A stretch of 64,000 nt of DNA from Lingula anatina (lineage: Eukaryota; Animalia; Brachiopoda), in NCBI GenBank assembly GCA_051362555.1, contig CM120640.1:36475967-36539966 (forward strand). The letters run 5' to 3'. The position numbers were made by a program, and so were the translations under genes. A model generated the notes under the pieces. The model made no database searches. It worked only from the letters and a program-made list of their open reading frames with translations, and was not told where the DNA came from. Positions 29,181 through 41,008 of this stretch are shown here, in pieces. Positions within the stretch are counted from its first letter, which is position 1. Each line of letters opens with the position of its first letter.

Positions 29181-30016
29181 AAATATTAACTTTTACTTTC
29201 TGTTATCATTTGCTTGAAATCTTTTTGTGGTCAGTTAACTTACAACTTATTAACTTACAGAGATGGCACTGCCAGGGTAACCTACAAGATAATCCGAGAG
29301 AAAGGAGATGGGAGGACTAGCAGTCCACTGGTCAGTGTGAGCGAAACTGGTCAAGTGACCTCGGGTCTCATCAGTGGTCAAGCCACACTTCTGGTCACTG
29401 CACACGAAGACTTTGGGGTCAACCAGACATTGGTCATTCTCATCAAGGTGAAACCGGTGTCATACTTGATGTTTAATCTGGATACTGTGATCAGGACATC
29501 AGAGGGACACCTCCACACCATTCCTGTGGGGACCACACTGCGCTATACCATCAGTTACCATGACGATGTGGGCGAGAAGTTTTACGCTGTCAATACTAAG
29601 CTTAAGTACAGACCAAGCAGGTATTTATTTAAGAAAACCAGATATGAAATATTTTTTTCATGGAGAAATTTTTTCCAACTTAATAGCTTTTTATCTAGGA
29701 AAACAGTACGTCATGGAGAGAACAGCAGCTAATGTATCTATTTTCTTCATGTCACATGTTGATTGAGCATATGGTCTTGTAGGTTTGATCTGCTCCAAGT
29801 TTCCCCAGGATCTGTGAATGGAACATTGGTTGCCAGGACAACAGATGTGGGCCTGACAGTGTTGAAGGTGAGCCTGTCAACAAAATTGTTTTGAGACAAA
29901 CCTGTAGAACTATTTCAGTTTCCAAGAGAAAGCTTAAACAATGTTTTTTAAGGTCAGAAACTGCAAGAAACTTCATTTCGAGTGCACTGACACAATTTTT
30001 AGGAAAATCAAAATCT

Positions 30017-30068
<52 letters not shown>

Positions 30069-33000
30069 TTACAGGTTTGGGATAAGCTAAACCCCAGGAC
30101 GTCAGACTATATCAAGATCAATGTAGGGTATGCCATACAACCAATGCAGGCAGAGGTGGTACTGGGTGAGGTGATCTGTCTGCACAGCTCCATCTTGTCA
30201 GAACAAGGTAAGGAACTATGAGCACTTTTTGGGGGGGCTGAAATGAGTGTCTTTTATATAAATTATAGGTATTTTTGGCTCATTCCAGGATAAAATGTCA
30301 TTTAGCCAGTTATAGTGGGATATGTTTTAACGAGGACTTGATTTTGAACAAGGACATTGGAAAAATTCAGCATAAAGAGGAAAAGGTGGGATGGGAGTGG
30401 CTGAGGGTGTTTTGAGCCCAATTTTGGTTGATATTTTCATAATTTTGCAGGGTCAGACCAAAGTATATCATTGCTTTGTAAAAAAAACTTTTGCTCTCAT
30501 TTGTTAACCATTTTTTAAATTAAAGAAAATCAAAAAGAAAGTACACAAAGAGAGACATATACATGTATGATCCTTTTTGCAAGTACATTTGATGCAAAGT
30601 GAAATACAGTTGGACATGAAGGAAAAAGTTATCATAATTGGTATCTTAAATGGTTTAGTGGTATAATTACCAAACTGTTAACAAAATTTTCAAATGTCTG
30701 TGTCAGGTTACAGAGGAGAGTGGTCTGCTGAAGGCAGTGCTCTGACAGTGAATCCCAGGTCTGGCATCGCCGTGGCAACACAAGTGGGGAAGACCTTTGT
30801 ACATTACACAGTGTCCAATGACATTTCAACATACACGGAGGTGAGTCAATTCTTTTAGATTTTTAAAAATTATTATTAATAGTTATTTATTTTAATTTTT
30901 TATCTGTCATTAACATAGAACAAGAGACTAAAGTAATTTCTCTTGTGATACAAATCATTGCTGCCATTTACTTGCAAAAGTACACAAAATTTTTGATGTA
31001 GAGATTAATGCTCTGCATGAACTTTGAGAGACATTAACAGTTGCCAGCAACAGAATTTGAAACAATATGCTGTGTTTTCAGATAATTGTTGCCCCAGTCC
31101 AGTCAATTCACATTGTCCAGGACAATTTGAAGTCCCTGACCAATGTTGTAAGCAGAAGCAGAAGTTGGTCTATACCAGTCATACTGAGCAAGGAGCAGGG
31201 TATTGGCATTCGCAATATCATGGGTAGGCTAAAGTTGACTTTTTGAATTAATATATACTTGAAAAGTCATGTGGCTTTGGTTTTAACCTCAAAAAATATC
31301 AAAAGATGTTCTTATCACATGTCCAGGAATATTTTCTTCCAGTTTTATTTTTGTATTTTTGTAACATTTAAATATATCTGTCATTCTTTGCTAGTGGTTA
31401 CAAAATGTTGAATTTGACCAAAAATTTCAAACTTTCTCTGGGAAGCTGTAATTTTGCGATGTGATAGCTACACCATCACAGTTTATCATTTCATAAAAAG
31501 GGAAACAGCAGCTGCCCTTTTTAGGGCACACAGGAGAGTTGAACAGCTATACCCACCAAATCCAAGACGCGTTACCCTGGGTAATATATTTTGCACAAAC
31601 TAATGAAAGTCTAATGGAATGTTTTCAGTTTTAGTTTAAATCATAAGGGGGTGTTGTCTCAATGCTTCAAAACTTTAATCCACATTTAATCCACATTTCA
31701 TAATTAATAAAAATGGTGAATATGTGGGTCACGGTAACGTTATTGACGCGGGTACAAAAACTTTTTATAATCATGTAAATAATAACAATATTTTTGCTAT
31801 TATCCATACACACTTCAATCATGAGGGGCACACCACTTTCACATGCTTTTAAAATGGAATTGACAAACACAGAGGAATAATGCACATATTTTATTTACTG
31901 TAACTCTGTCACATGGGACACACACTGAACAAAGTTGATCTAAAGAATGTTCCAGATTGTAGTTTTTTATCTGAATTATTATTTTTTTATTATTATTTTA
32001 ACACAATAAAATACAAAATTTAACAAAATGAAGTTCAGTGTAACACAAAGTTCATAATTATAACATTCTTCCTGACATATGTGGACCAATGGTGATATCT
32101 GTTCTGTGCTCACTAAGGCATCCACTCTTGGGATTCTGAAAAAAAAAATCACACAAAGAATCTGTTAACTCTGATAACGAACAATGGATAACCTAAGATC
32201 ACAAATAGTTTATTGCTTATTCAAAGAAAGCACAGTGCATTATGAGTGGCAAACACGCATTACTGAGACACATTTTCTTCACCCATTTTCGGTGCTTCAT
32301 TGCGTAACGTAAGTGTTGCTAGTAATCCATTATTGCTGTTTTTACAGACGGTTAAATTTTAAATGCACGGAATACAGTGTAGCAGCTTAATTTAAGACAA
32401 AACTAAAAAAAAGTAATTCAATTTCGATGATTGAGTTTTCGAGAACAAGAGAACATGAATACGGTATCACCGCGTCACCATGTTCAATATGACCTTTAGG
32501 GTACGTACGGATAAAATTTAGTCCCAAAATATTACACGTCCCTATACTCCCTTTACCGATAAATACATAAAGGAAAAACGGAAAAAACGTCTTTTTAGAT
32601 TTAAATACCAATAGATCCGATTTTTTTCTGCTGTCCTATATATTTGCGTTTCTATAGATATGACGTCCTCATAAACCCACGTCCTTTAAATCCGCATACC
32701 TATAGATCCACGTATATTTAGATCCAAATACCGATAGATCCATTACAGGTACACTATTGCTCGAAATGGTTGGTATACTACTCAGTACATAAAATGCACT
32801 TCTTTAAAACGGCAATACGCAGTCAGCAATATATTATTCTACTAGATCGTTTTCACACAATACTCAGTGAAAGAACATAAAAAGAACAAAAGTGTGTTCT
32901 ATATTTCACAACGCTTAATTACTGTTCTAGCGTCAGAACACTGTTTAAAGCGTTCTCAAAATGCAACATTCGAACATGTAAAAAGTGTTCTGAATTTACA

Positions 33001-36000
33001 TGTAAATGTGTTCTAAACAAAACAAAACAAAAAAGAACATAAAAATGTGTTCTAAATTTCACAACGCAAGTTGATATGGGCCTTTTAGCCGATTACGATG
33101 TCAGATAGATGGATCTAGCGGTACCTGGATCTAAAGATAGGTGGGTTTATAGGAATCTGTTGGTGGATCTATCGGAACGTAAATTTAACGAGACGTAAAT
33201 CTATTGAGACGTGTATGTATAGAGATGTATCTATCGGGGCGAATATTTTATTGGGACGTTTATCTATATGGCGGACCCCGACCTTTAGTCCCCCATGTGA
33301 CACAGACGCAAAACGAAAGTTCAGACGAAGTCACCCTACTTATAGAATGGTAAAAATCAATCGGTACACAAATATGTTGAAACAATTGAAGAAAAATGAA
33401 TGAAACTCATTATTTCTCACCTTCATACAAAGAAGATCCCAATAAACAATCCTGTGACGGTTAAATCGAGGGAATTACACCTGTGCCCTGCATCCTATCT
33501 CGACAGCGTCATTGCGTGACATGTTATCAGAATGGGCCACCCGCCAGTTTGAGCTGGTTTTTTTAGTGTGCAAAAGAAGCCATTCGTGTGTAAGACGTCA
33601 TCAGTTAGTGAGTATGGAAGAAGATCGCTATCGATGTATAATTTTCACGCGGCATTTTAAAGAATCGATCTCTGAAGTTTCAGCGTTGCGAATGTAACAT
33701 TGGGACGCGGTGAAGAAAAATCGACCTTGCTGAGCAATAAATGTGAAATTCTTAAGAAAACTGATATTATCATGGATTTTGTGACACAAACTAACCGACA
33801 TACTACTTTGGACGATTGAACAGTTTTAATACGGAAAGATAGGATTAGATGAAATTTTCATCGGGGTGGGACACCGCATGTATCGTAAGTTAAGCTAATT
33901 TTGTGATCATTTTTCAGTGACTTCAAAGAAATTTTTATTTAAATAACCATTTGCACATTCTGTTTATTATATCTTCTTGCAGTAGGTGTATTCCCTGCTT
34001 CAATAATTCATTCAAACCCTAAACAAACTGTTCCTAAATAGAGGTAGGGTCGAAATTCCACAAAAAAGGACGCCATTTTGAGGGTAATTTCGATATATTT
34101 TCTGCTTTTTCTCTTTTTTTGCTTTTATAACAACATCCTCCTTGCTCATGCAGCTTCTTTGATTTGTTATTGAAACATACACAACGATGTCATGAGAATT
34201 TGGTCGGCTATCTAAATTTAAATTACATTCTTGTTATGGTCCCCCCGCAGTGCACCACTAGCAAAGAATGACTGATATATTTTACAATAAAGAGTAAACA
34301 AGAGACAGAGCTCTCTGTTTGTTCCATTCTGGGTTCAAAAATTACGAAAATTCGTATATAAATGCCAGGTGTCAAGCTTTTGAGCAACTACTTGAAAGAT
34401 TCTCTGTTTTTCCATGTGTTCAGGTAGTAACTGCAGTGGGATTCTGGCCAGTGAGAAGTTCCAGGGGATGTTCCCATACAGATGTGAACTGACCATGAGC
34501 AGGGCTCATTCTGCACTCAGTGTGGGAGATCTGTTCAAAGTGTCTCCTGACTTTGACTCTCAGACAGGTCAGTTTGGAGAAATGTCTAAACCTATCCTGA
34601 CATAGGTTTATCTATGAAAAACAACATACCCACAGTTTTTACGTCTGCCTCATTTTGAATCAAAGTGCTTTGTTTATGTACAGATACAATGGGTCTGTAT
34701 ATATAGCCATCACCTGCATCTGCTGTTGCTGTTGTCATCCCCTTAACAAAAACGAGTCAAATTGGGAAACAAGCTTGATTGGATTTTTTTATTCTTGAAT
34801 TTATGCATTTTTTGTGACATTTTCATTTTTCTCATTCTGACATTTTCAGTGTGTGAATTTGAATTCCTAACATTCATGTTACCTGTTGGTGTTAATTTCG
34901 CTGTTAAGCATAATCTGTAATTGCATCAAAATTGACAAAATAAGCGATTTTGCACTATTGTTTTCTTCTTTATGTCTGTACATTTGACAGCTCCATACTT
35001 CTTGTTACTAGCATTGGCATTTAGCATGCATTGATAATTAAGTATCTTTAATAACCATCATGTCCCAGGCCCTATTTTGTTGAGAACATTGATGTATTTC
35101 CTTTGAAATGGTTAGTATTGATAAAGTACCACAGATATCATATTATCCTAGATCAGTGATATGTGTACCATATTTTTCCCTACAGGCCAGTACAGTTGCA
35201 AGGTCACTCAGGTGGACAATGACCTCCTGCAGCTGGAAATAAGCACCTTGGAGACAGACGTCCAACTCCAGGTGACGGTCACCCAGAGAGAGCACCAGCC
35301 AAAGGTGATGTCCACTCTTCTCAGCGTTCCATTTTATCCCGCGTTCCACGTGATGACCACTGAGCTGTTGCTAAGCAACCTCCAGCCACTGTCCAGTATT
35401 AGGGTGTCTTCAGTGGGCCCAGTTAGAGATGAAATCAAGGTAGGGATGCTGGAATAATTCCAGTATTTTTGATAACTTTTCCTTTTGGTTCTTTGTTTGA
35501 TTTTGTTAAATTCACCAATCTTGTGATACATTTTTAAAAATCTGGCATATTTAGTGATACCTTGATTGCTGAATATTTCTTCTAATTGTGTAAAATATGA
35601 TGTCTAGTGTTAAATTTATAATAACTGGAAATCAGAGTCTGTAGTTCCTGGGATTTACTGGACTGACCAAAAATTGTTAAAATAGAACATCAGCAGTATG
35701 TTGAACAAGTATTTTTACATTAAAATGGCTGTCTGTCCTTGCAAAGGTTGTTGCCAGTGACTCCTCTCTCCTGGAGATCCTGTCACAAGAAGCGGACTCT
35801 CAGACACCCACCATTGTCCACTATCCAGTGAGACTGTTGGAGAAAGTGGCCCTGTGGGAACTGGAGAATCTGGAACTCAGAGTGGAACTGACCAATGGCC
35901 TGACTGGACAGCACTATGCAGTGCCTGTAAGGGTGAAGTTGATTGGTCAGAGGCAGGATGGACTTGGAGGCAAGTTTTAGAAAATAGGCCAAGGTTGATG

Positions 36001-37449
36001 ATTTTGATTAATTGTATACAGTGCCAGCATTTTTTCTCTTAAAACATCTGATGTGTACACAAAGCAGTTTAAGCCACAAAATTTTCAAAGTTGTTGGGTG
36101 GGTAAACTATATAGGTTTCCATAAAATATTCAAATTTTGAAATGTATTCTCTTCAGTCAGCAAAGATCAAGTCCACATAGAACAACTCCATAAAATCTAT
36201 GCGTTAACTTAAAAGCCATTTGATTTTGTGTATTGAGGATACCAGAGTTCCAGTCCACACTTAAATTTATTCTAAATATTGTTTTGTTTTGTTTCATTTC
36301 ATTTTGTTGTGTTTTTTTGTTTAGTTCCTCAAATAGAAGGTCAGAAGGACTCGGGCTGGAGCAGTCTGCTCACTGTGATAGGGCATCACTACCAAACCTG
36401 GCTCTTCATGTTGCTTTGTATAATAGCCACTATATCAGCTATTGTCATTGGTGAGTGTCTTTCACTGTGAGCCTCTGGGTATTATAATATGAATACTGTA
36501 AACTTGTAAAAACCAAATACTTGGTAAGTTCAAATAGAACAGTATTTTAATATTTTGACTGCATTGGGTACATTTGTGGAGTTCTTGAGATTTTTCTGTT
36601 CTATTTCATGACTGAGTGAATGTATTAAAAGTATTGTTTATAACAAAATAGACATATTTTCCTAAACATTGTACTTATTTGTGTCATTTTGTAGGCTACC
36701 ATGCTGTGATGGGTCAGAAGTATTCTGCAGCACCGCCGCAGTCTGGAGCTTTCTTACAGCCAGGCAGCCCTCCCACTTCACCTTACTATGCACAGTCACC
36801 TGGTAAATACTTTTTATGAATTGTATGCTTAAAATAGTAATGGCACGTGAGGGGTCAAAGTGGGATGAGCATATCAGATCAAAATAACGTAATGTAGTTA
36901 ATACATGTAGATGGTGCCCTTTGGTCGGTCTCTCTCTCTCTCTCTCTCTCATTTTATTTTAGGTCCTACTGTCTTTTCAAATATTTGACTTAAAAAGATT
37001 TGAATACTCATTTTCAATCTATCACCTGGACCAAATTTCAAAACAGAATTTAAGTTTAAAGTTATCTATTTTAAACTGAAATGTTAGTTGACTTCAACTG
37101 AGGATTAATCTTACTATATTACCCATTGAAGTTAAGTTATGTTTGGTCTTGGAATAAGTCATTTCATACATTTTGTGAAATAAAGTCATTATCATTTAAA
37201 TGGACTACGATGGGTCTATTTGGGGTTAGAGGGTTTGAAGTTAAGACCATTTCTTGACTTGAGTTTTTCCCCCCTTGAAACCAGTCCCATGGAATATATC
37301 CATTTTCCTTACTTCTAGCCTATCCATCCTGGCAGCGTACCCCCTCCCCTGGCAGGCCCAGCTTGTGGAGCTCTGGATACGACCCTCAGGACTCCGTAGA
37401 TACCTCCTTCATCAAACGCTCTCCTCATCACCGTTCACCATACCAGTGA
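293..37449 (+). CDS. NUP210: Nuclear pore membrane glycoprotein 210 (gp210), 5'-truncated by the window edge; 26 coding exons
   Basis: Phase-consistent exons: 293-413, 803-905, 1257-1449, 1874-1980, 2313-2417, 3088-3189, 14140-14268, 14512-14639, 14904-15033, 15236-15298, 15564-15743, 15991-16071, 16663-16794, 17290-17445, 28967-29058, 29261-29620, 29783-29867, 30075-30207, 30707-30840, 31082-31223, 34424-34567, 35186-35439, 35747-35969, 36325-36450, 36695-36802, 37319-37449 (TGA). The translation has gp210 hallmarks in the expected order: DSQGRKFDNFSSL, IFNHP, VFPPLRLDPRNITLIIGA, GGPQPQS, TNRDGTA, FGVNQT, a TM helix (YQTWLFMLLCIIATISAIVIGY) and an SP-rich tail with RPSLWS. Confidence 0.96.
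3491..3730. repeat. Minisatellite, ~34-bp unit built from two related 17-mers, ~7 copies
   Basis: Unit gtgttaggtgtgacaacacattgggtgtgacagt repeated head to tail, decaying toward the right end. Confidence 0.85.
3925..10851 (-). CDS. Secreted angiopoietin-like fibrinogen-related protein (signal peptide, coiled coil, C-terminal fibrinogen domain), ~448 aa, nested antisense in NUP210 intron 3190-14139
   Basis: Exons 10851-10122, 7142-6990, 6662-6536, 4261-3925, all GT-AG and phase-compatible (1347 nt). The spliced product reads ...LYRDCSELY...GVFKIHP...FEVVCDGKWTVIQR...FDRGWKDYKDGFGNFDSDFWLGNDKIH...YSGNAGD...FTTLDRDND...NCAQTNGGGWWYDNC...MKIRP, the canonical fibrinogen C-terminal motifs. The N-terminus is hydrophobic and the middle is Q/E/R-rich with heptad character. 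Confidence 0.93.
16182..16333. mobile_element. Palindromic MITE with ~58-bp inverted arms
   Basis: Left arm cagggatccgtatctcgaaaggttagctatgttgtgcacgtgcgcaag matches the reverse complement of the right arm with few mismatches. A third internal copy of tttcgagatacgggg lies at ~16256-16270. Confidence 0.8.
18135..20683 (-). CDS. Secreted H-type lectin, copy A (~118 aa), nested antisense in NUP210 intron 17446-28966
   Basis: Exons 20683-20614 (MTKMSSIYCLLLLLCLGTYASGQ, signal peptide), 20234-20099 (CQIGFVT...KYVSFKKPFPSPPDVVTAIALLDSW) and 18285-18135 (YGGNVRVNMRPTSISHLGFVMNFGVWGQNT...IYRLKAAWTAC). The pattern VxFxxPFxxPPxV...LD...NxR...GF...W...Y...W matches H-type lectins such as Helix pomatia agglutinin. 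AATAAA on the - strand at 17933-17938. Confidence 0.88.
21072..21538 (-). pseudogene. Decayed two-exon secreted-protein remnant upstream of lectin A
   Basis: MDNNMPGIFLIILIHTGCICS-HFLGKDNSPAT, then a frameshift to CEELKAK, a further shift to AAFWVVCKM, a GTAAG donor near 21343, and a second exon-like block with VENGGW. Stops and frameshifts break every frame. Confidence 0.45.
21893..24955. repeat. Three ~330-bp tandem repeat units (~21893-22230, ~22232-22551, ~24632-24955), split by an insertion
   Basis: Each unit starts ttacaggaaagaa and contains cattatgtaatattgcatcaaaattga-like sequence. Related fragments occur at ~17840, ~25050, ~25200 and ~34910. Confidence 0.8.
22556..24627. mobile_element. 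2.07-kb TTAA-flanked insertion, probable degenerate Kolobok-like DNA transposon
   Basis: TTAA at 22552-22555 and 24628-24631, GG...CC ends and imperfect short inverted termini (ggggtggatata vs ggtgggagtata). Removing the segment restores the tandem-repeat junction cttactcttc/ttacaggaaag. Confidence 0.65.
25524..27375 (-). CDS. Secreted H-type lectin, copy B (~117 aa), tandem paralogue of copy A
   Basis: Exons 27375-27306, 27056-26924 and 25674-25524 have the same phases as copy A, one in-frame codon deletion in exon 2 and an intact stop. AATAAA on the - strand at 25323-25328. Confidence 0.88.
27763..28193 (-). pseudogene. Decayed remnant upstream of lectin B, paralogue of 21072-21538
   Basis: Same layout (SLATTCTAK, AIFWVFCKM, VKNGGW) with different disabling indels. 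Confidence 0.4.
28606..28774. repeat. (CA)n microsatellite followed by a ~58-nt poly(T)
   Basis: Read directly from the sequence. Confidence 0.95.
29118..29174. repeat. (CA)n microsatellite
   Basis: Read directly from the sequence. Confidence 0.95.
31370..34282. mobile_element. ~2.9-kb non-autonomous TIR element filling most of NUP210 intron 31224-34423
   Basis: 29-bp inverted repeats at 31370-31398 and 34254-34282 match at 28/29 positions; no long ORF inside. Confidence 0.65.
32500..33279. mobile_element. Mutator-like MITE nested in the 2.9-kb element
   Basis: 9-bp direct repeat gacctttag at 32491-32499 and 33280-33288, degenerate long inverted ends, and tagatcc motifs on the left mirrored by ggatct motifs on the right. 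Confidence 0.7.
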
Positions 37450-38080
37450 CACGGGACAGGAAAAAACAACTGATCATCACACATAACTACAGCTAACAGG
37501 AACATCACAAATGTACTGGGTCAAGTCCTGGATCTTGTTGATAAGATTAGATTTGTGGTGTGTGAGTTCAGGCCTGCAAGATCAGAGTAAAAGATTTTTT
37601 TGGTTGCATAATAACAAAATGATCTCTAAAAAAATTAGGTAGATTTAACATGGTGAGGAAAAAAGACAGCAAAGTCTTGTAGAAAAGAAAAAAAATGTTG
37701 GCACAGTGTTGTAGAAAAGAAGAAAAAAATGTTGGCTAAATGTTGAAATGATCTGTTTCAACTGTTTGGGGTAATGTATCAGACCTAGTCGAGTGGATAC
37801 AAATTGCATACCTTGCAAAAAGTATGTTATCCTCAGTATCAAAAATGATCGGAGATTTAAATTGTTATTGAATTCCCAACGTTTCACTCTCCATGCAGGA
37901 CTAAGATGGTGAACATCATTATCAGGTCTCGCACCATAACCTGCAATGGTAGAGAACTGGAACTGATCTCTAAGCAGCAATGAGATGATATTTAAATTGT
38001 AAATATTGCAACATAAGATGTACATATTAACAAGTTTGCAATGTCATTGGGATGCATGTGATACATTTAAATGTGCTTAA

Positions 38081-38428
38081 AGGCACAGTGGGTGAAAATT
38101 TGACACACTCCAGTAAAACAAATTTACAATATTTTCCATTAATTTCTCATAATGCACAATGCCAATTTTTCTTAATTACATTAAAATCAAAATGCATTGA
38201 TCTCTCTGAATATGCTGTCTAGAAATTATTTTTTAGAATTTGTTTGATGGGTAGGAAATTCATTACAACCTCTTGCCAATTTTGAGACCCAAAGCATAAT
38301 TTAATGTTTCAGTGTTATTTTTACCTTCGATTTAGAGTAGACATTGTATTTAAGTCACTGGGGTGGTCAATCAAAACACTTAAGTCTTGCTTTATTCTGT
38401 GTTGCAGAAAATATCACCCCCTGTGCCT
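38081..38428. mobile_element. Kolobok-like MITE downstream of the NUP210 stop codon
   Basis: TTAA|aggcacagtgggtgaaaattt at the left end and aaaatatcaccccctgtgcct at the right end form ~20-bp inverted termini; the right-hand TTAA is degenerate (gcaa). Confidence 0.6.
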
Positions 38429-39405
38429 GCAAGTTATGTGAACTTATGATTGGTGAACAACAATAGATATAACTGTAAAATCATGTGATGTAATTGAAGA
38501 CTGATTGTGAGGTGTGTGGTAGAGTGCATAAAGAATGTATAATAGTGTGGTAGATGTGCCCCTTGGGTTACCTTTTTTTCATCATCATGTTCAAACATAA
38601 GTGAAAATTGTTGCTGGGAGGTGGGGGGGTGGGGGAGGTAGAAGTTTCAGCACATATGAGTGAAATGAGTGTTGTGGTACAAAGTTAATTTAGATCTCTG
38701 TACCTTTCTTTTTTTCTTGAAAATGATACATTTTTTATGAAAGGATCAAGCTTTCTTCATAGTTATTGCTATACATATTGCTTAAAAAACAATGCAATTG
38801 GTGATTCATTCAACATCTGTAAAAATGAACATTTTGCTACTATTTTCTGTTCAACTGTACAGTTTTACTGTTTCATGCTGGCCAATAAAGAATGTTACTG
38901 CTTTATTAACATTAAAATTGTTTGGTGTGTGGCACATAGTGAGTTTATTGCTTTTGTAGCTAATAGTTGAGTAAATGTATTCAAATGGCCCCAGGGTGAT
39001 AGTGAATATCACTGGCATGTAGATGAGCTAGGCAATAGAATTGAAAACCCTATTGGTCTTTTTTTTTTTTCTAATATAAACATTGTGAATTTTTACACCC
39101 ACAAACACTAAGAATTATGATGACGAGATATTCTGTCACTTCATGACAAATGGGGCACAACAATTTCACACTTAACTAAATAAAGTGATAGTTTCTTAAT
39201 TAAACTTAGTATTCTTATTGTTATTCACAGTAAGGGATGCAGCAATGCAGCAATAACAAAGAAAAGGTTAAACTTTTGTGTAAAAATATATATTTCATAT
39301 ATTAATATACAAGAAAAAACTTGAGTAAGTTTGTAAATATGATTTTACATTGTATACAATCAGTTGTTTAAAGATGAGAGTTGAAAGAGCAATAAGTATA
39401 AAGAC

Positions 39406-39499
39406 CTGGCCCCGTATCTCGAAAGCATCGCGCATTGATGTAGCCTCTATTTGATATAGCCATTCGCAATATGCGATGCTTTCGAGATACGGGGCCCAG
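39406..39499. mobile_element. Short palindromic MITE related to 16182-16333
   Basis: Perfect 24-bp inverted arms ggccccgtatctcgaaagcatcgc / gcgatgctttcgagatacggggcc; shares ccgtatctcgaaag with the 16.2-kb element. Confidence 0.8.
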
Positions 39500-41008
39500 T
39501 GCTCTAGAAAAACCTTGCTGTGACAGTTAAAATTTGAGTCTTTACAGTGGCAAAAATATAACATTGGAAAATTGTACATAATATTATATTAACCAAAAAA
39601 AAAAATACAATAATGTATCCCTCCCCCTCTATTCACATGTTTATACAAAAATAAATGCATGTTATCCCTTCAAAATTTTATAACACAAGGCCGCAAAAAA
39701 TGTGGCTCATTTTGGGTACAGCTGTAGTATGAACTTTACTTATTTTATTTATTTTACTGGAGACCATTCTCCCAGCCATTTTTGAGTACCAATTTTGCCG
39801 CTGGAGTACGAGACATGATTTTTGGGATACGTTTGTACATATGGCACTCAAGATTACATTGCAAGAGCCATCACTCTGCATCACAAATACAGTGAATGTG
39901 CTTCTAGGATTGGTGAGTACCAATTTTTCTACTGAAATCTGAGGCTGTTGCTACATTACAAGAGATGGTATAGAATCGCATTGTAAGAGCCGTGTTATTT
40001 CATCTCTAATGGGCGCTTCAGCATTGAAGCATTCCAGTTTTCCTGCTTAAGTTTCAGACTTTTACTCCCTGGGATAGATGACAGATCCTGTTGGATTTTT
40101 ATCACTACATCACAATTCCATCATTTGTGGGTACCAATTTTCATACTGAACTTGGAAGTGTTTGCTCTGCGGGTTCCATTCAGACAGATATTACCATATT
40201 ACATAATATGTGCTCCTGATGTTATGAATGTGGAATTGCAGTCCTCATGAAAGTCACAGAAGAAGTTAATATTCAGGCTACAAGTCTTTGAACAAATGCT
40301 GTACTTCAGACTATTCATATGGATCCCCTGAGGCAGCATCTTCAAACCTGTAAAAAGGGATATTAGTTCCAAATTATAAAATATATTTTAAAGGAAAAAA
40401 GGTAAGGGGAAAGTATTTGTAGGAAAAACTAAATGCAAGCAAAAATGACTCGGAGGTAAAGCTAGGGGCTCAGATTGTGATAAATTTTGTGTTTATGCAT
40501 TGATATTAATTAAAATGTTTTACGTAGGCCTCATTTCTGCAAAGCTGTTTTTATGGAAAAAAAAATACTGTATACACAAAAAAAATTCAGAACAGCTCAT
40601 TTTAATGTGTTTCATCAATGAGTGATTAGTAAACTGGGCAACAAGAAGTACAATTTCATTTTATCATTCTTTTTCTTGATGCATACTTTATGTGAAAACT
40701 GCAAGAATTGCTATATTTCTATTCTGTAAATCCTGAAATGAACCCAGTTGTTTTTTATTTCATGCATTGCATTTACAAGAATTCCTTATATATATGCATT
40801 TTAAATGCACAAACTGAACCAAGCAACAAATGGAAGTAAAAGATGTAAATTGGTATTTTAGAAATGTATTTTTCTTGAATAAGAATGATCAGAGTAAAAC
40901 CAAAGGTAACTGTTAATGACATATTTCAGTCAATATGTTATGCAGTTTTGGAGAATGTGAAGGCGCAAGCAGGAAAGCATGCTGTAACCTACACCAGGGG
41001 GCACCAGT

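Noticed and set aside
28516-29320. ORFs with THTHTH, poly-K and poly-F tracts
   Set aside because: Translations of (CA)n and poly(T) simple repeats.
37275-37496. 73-aa ORF as the last NUP210 exon
   Set aside because: The frame from the acceptor at 37318 gives the gp210-like SP-rich/LWS tail; this ORF is a different frame.
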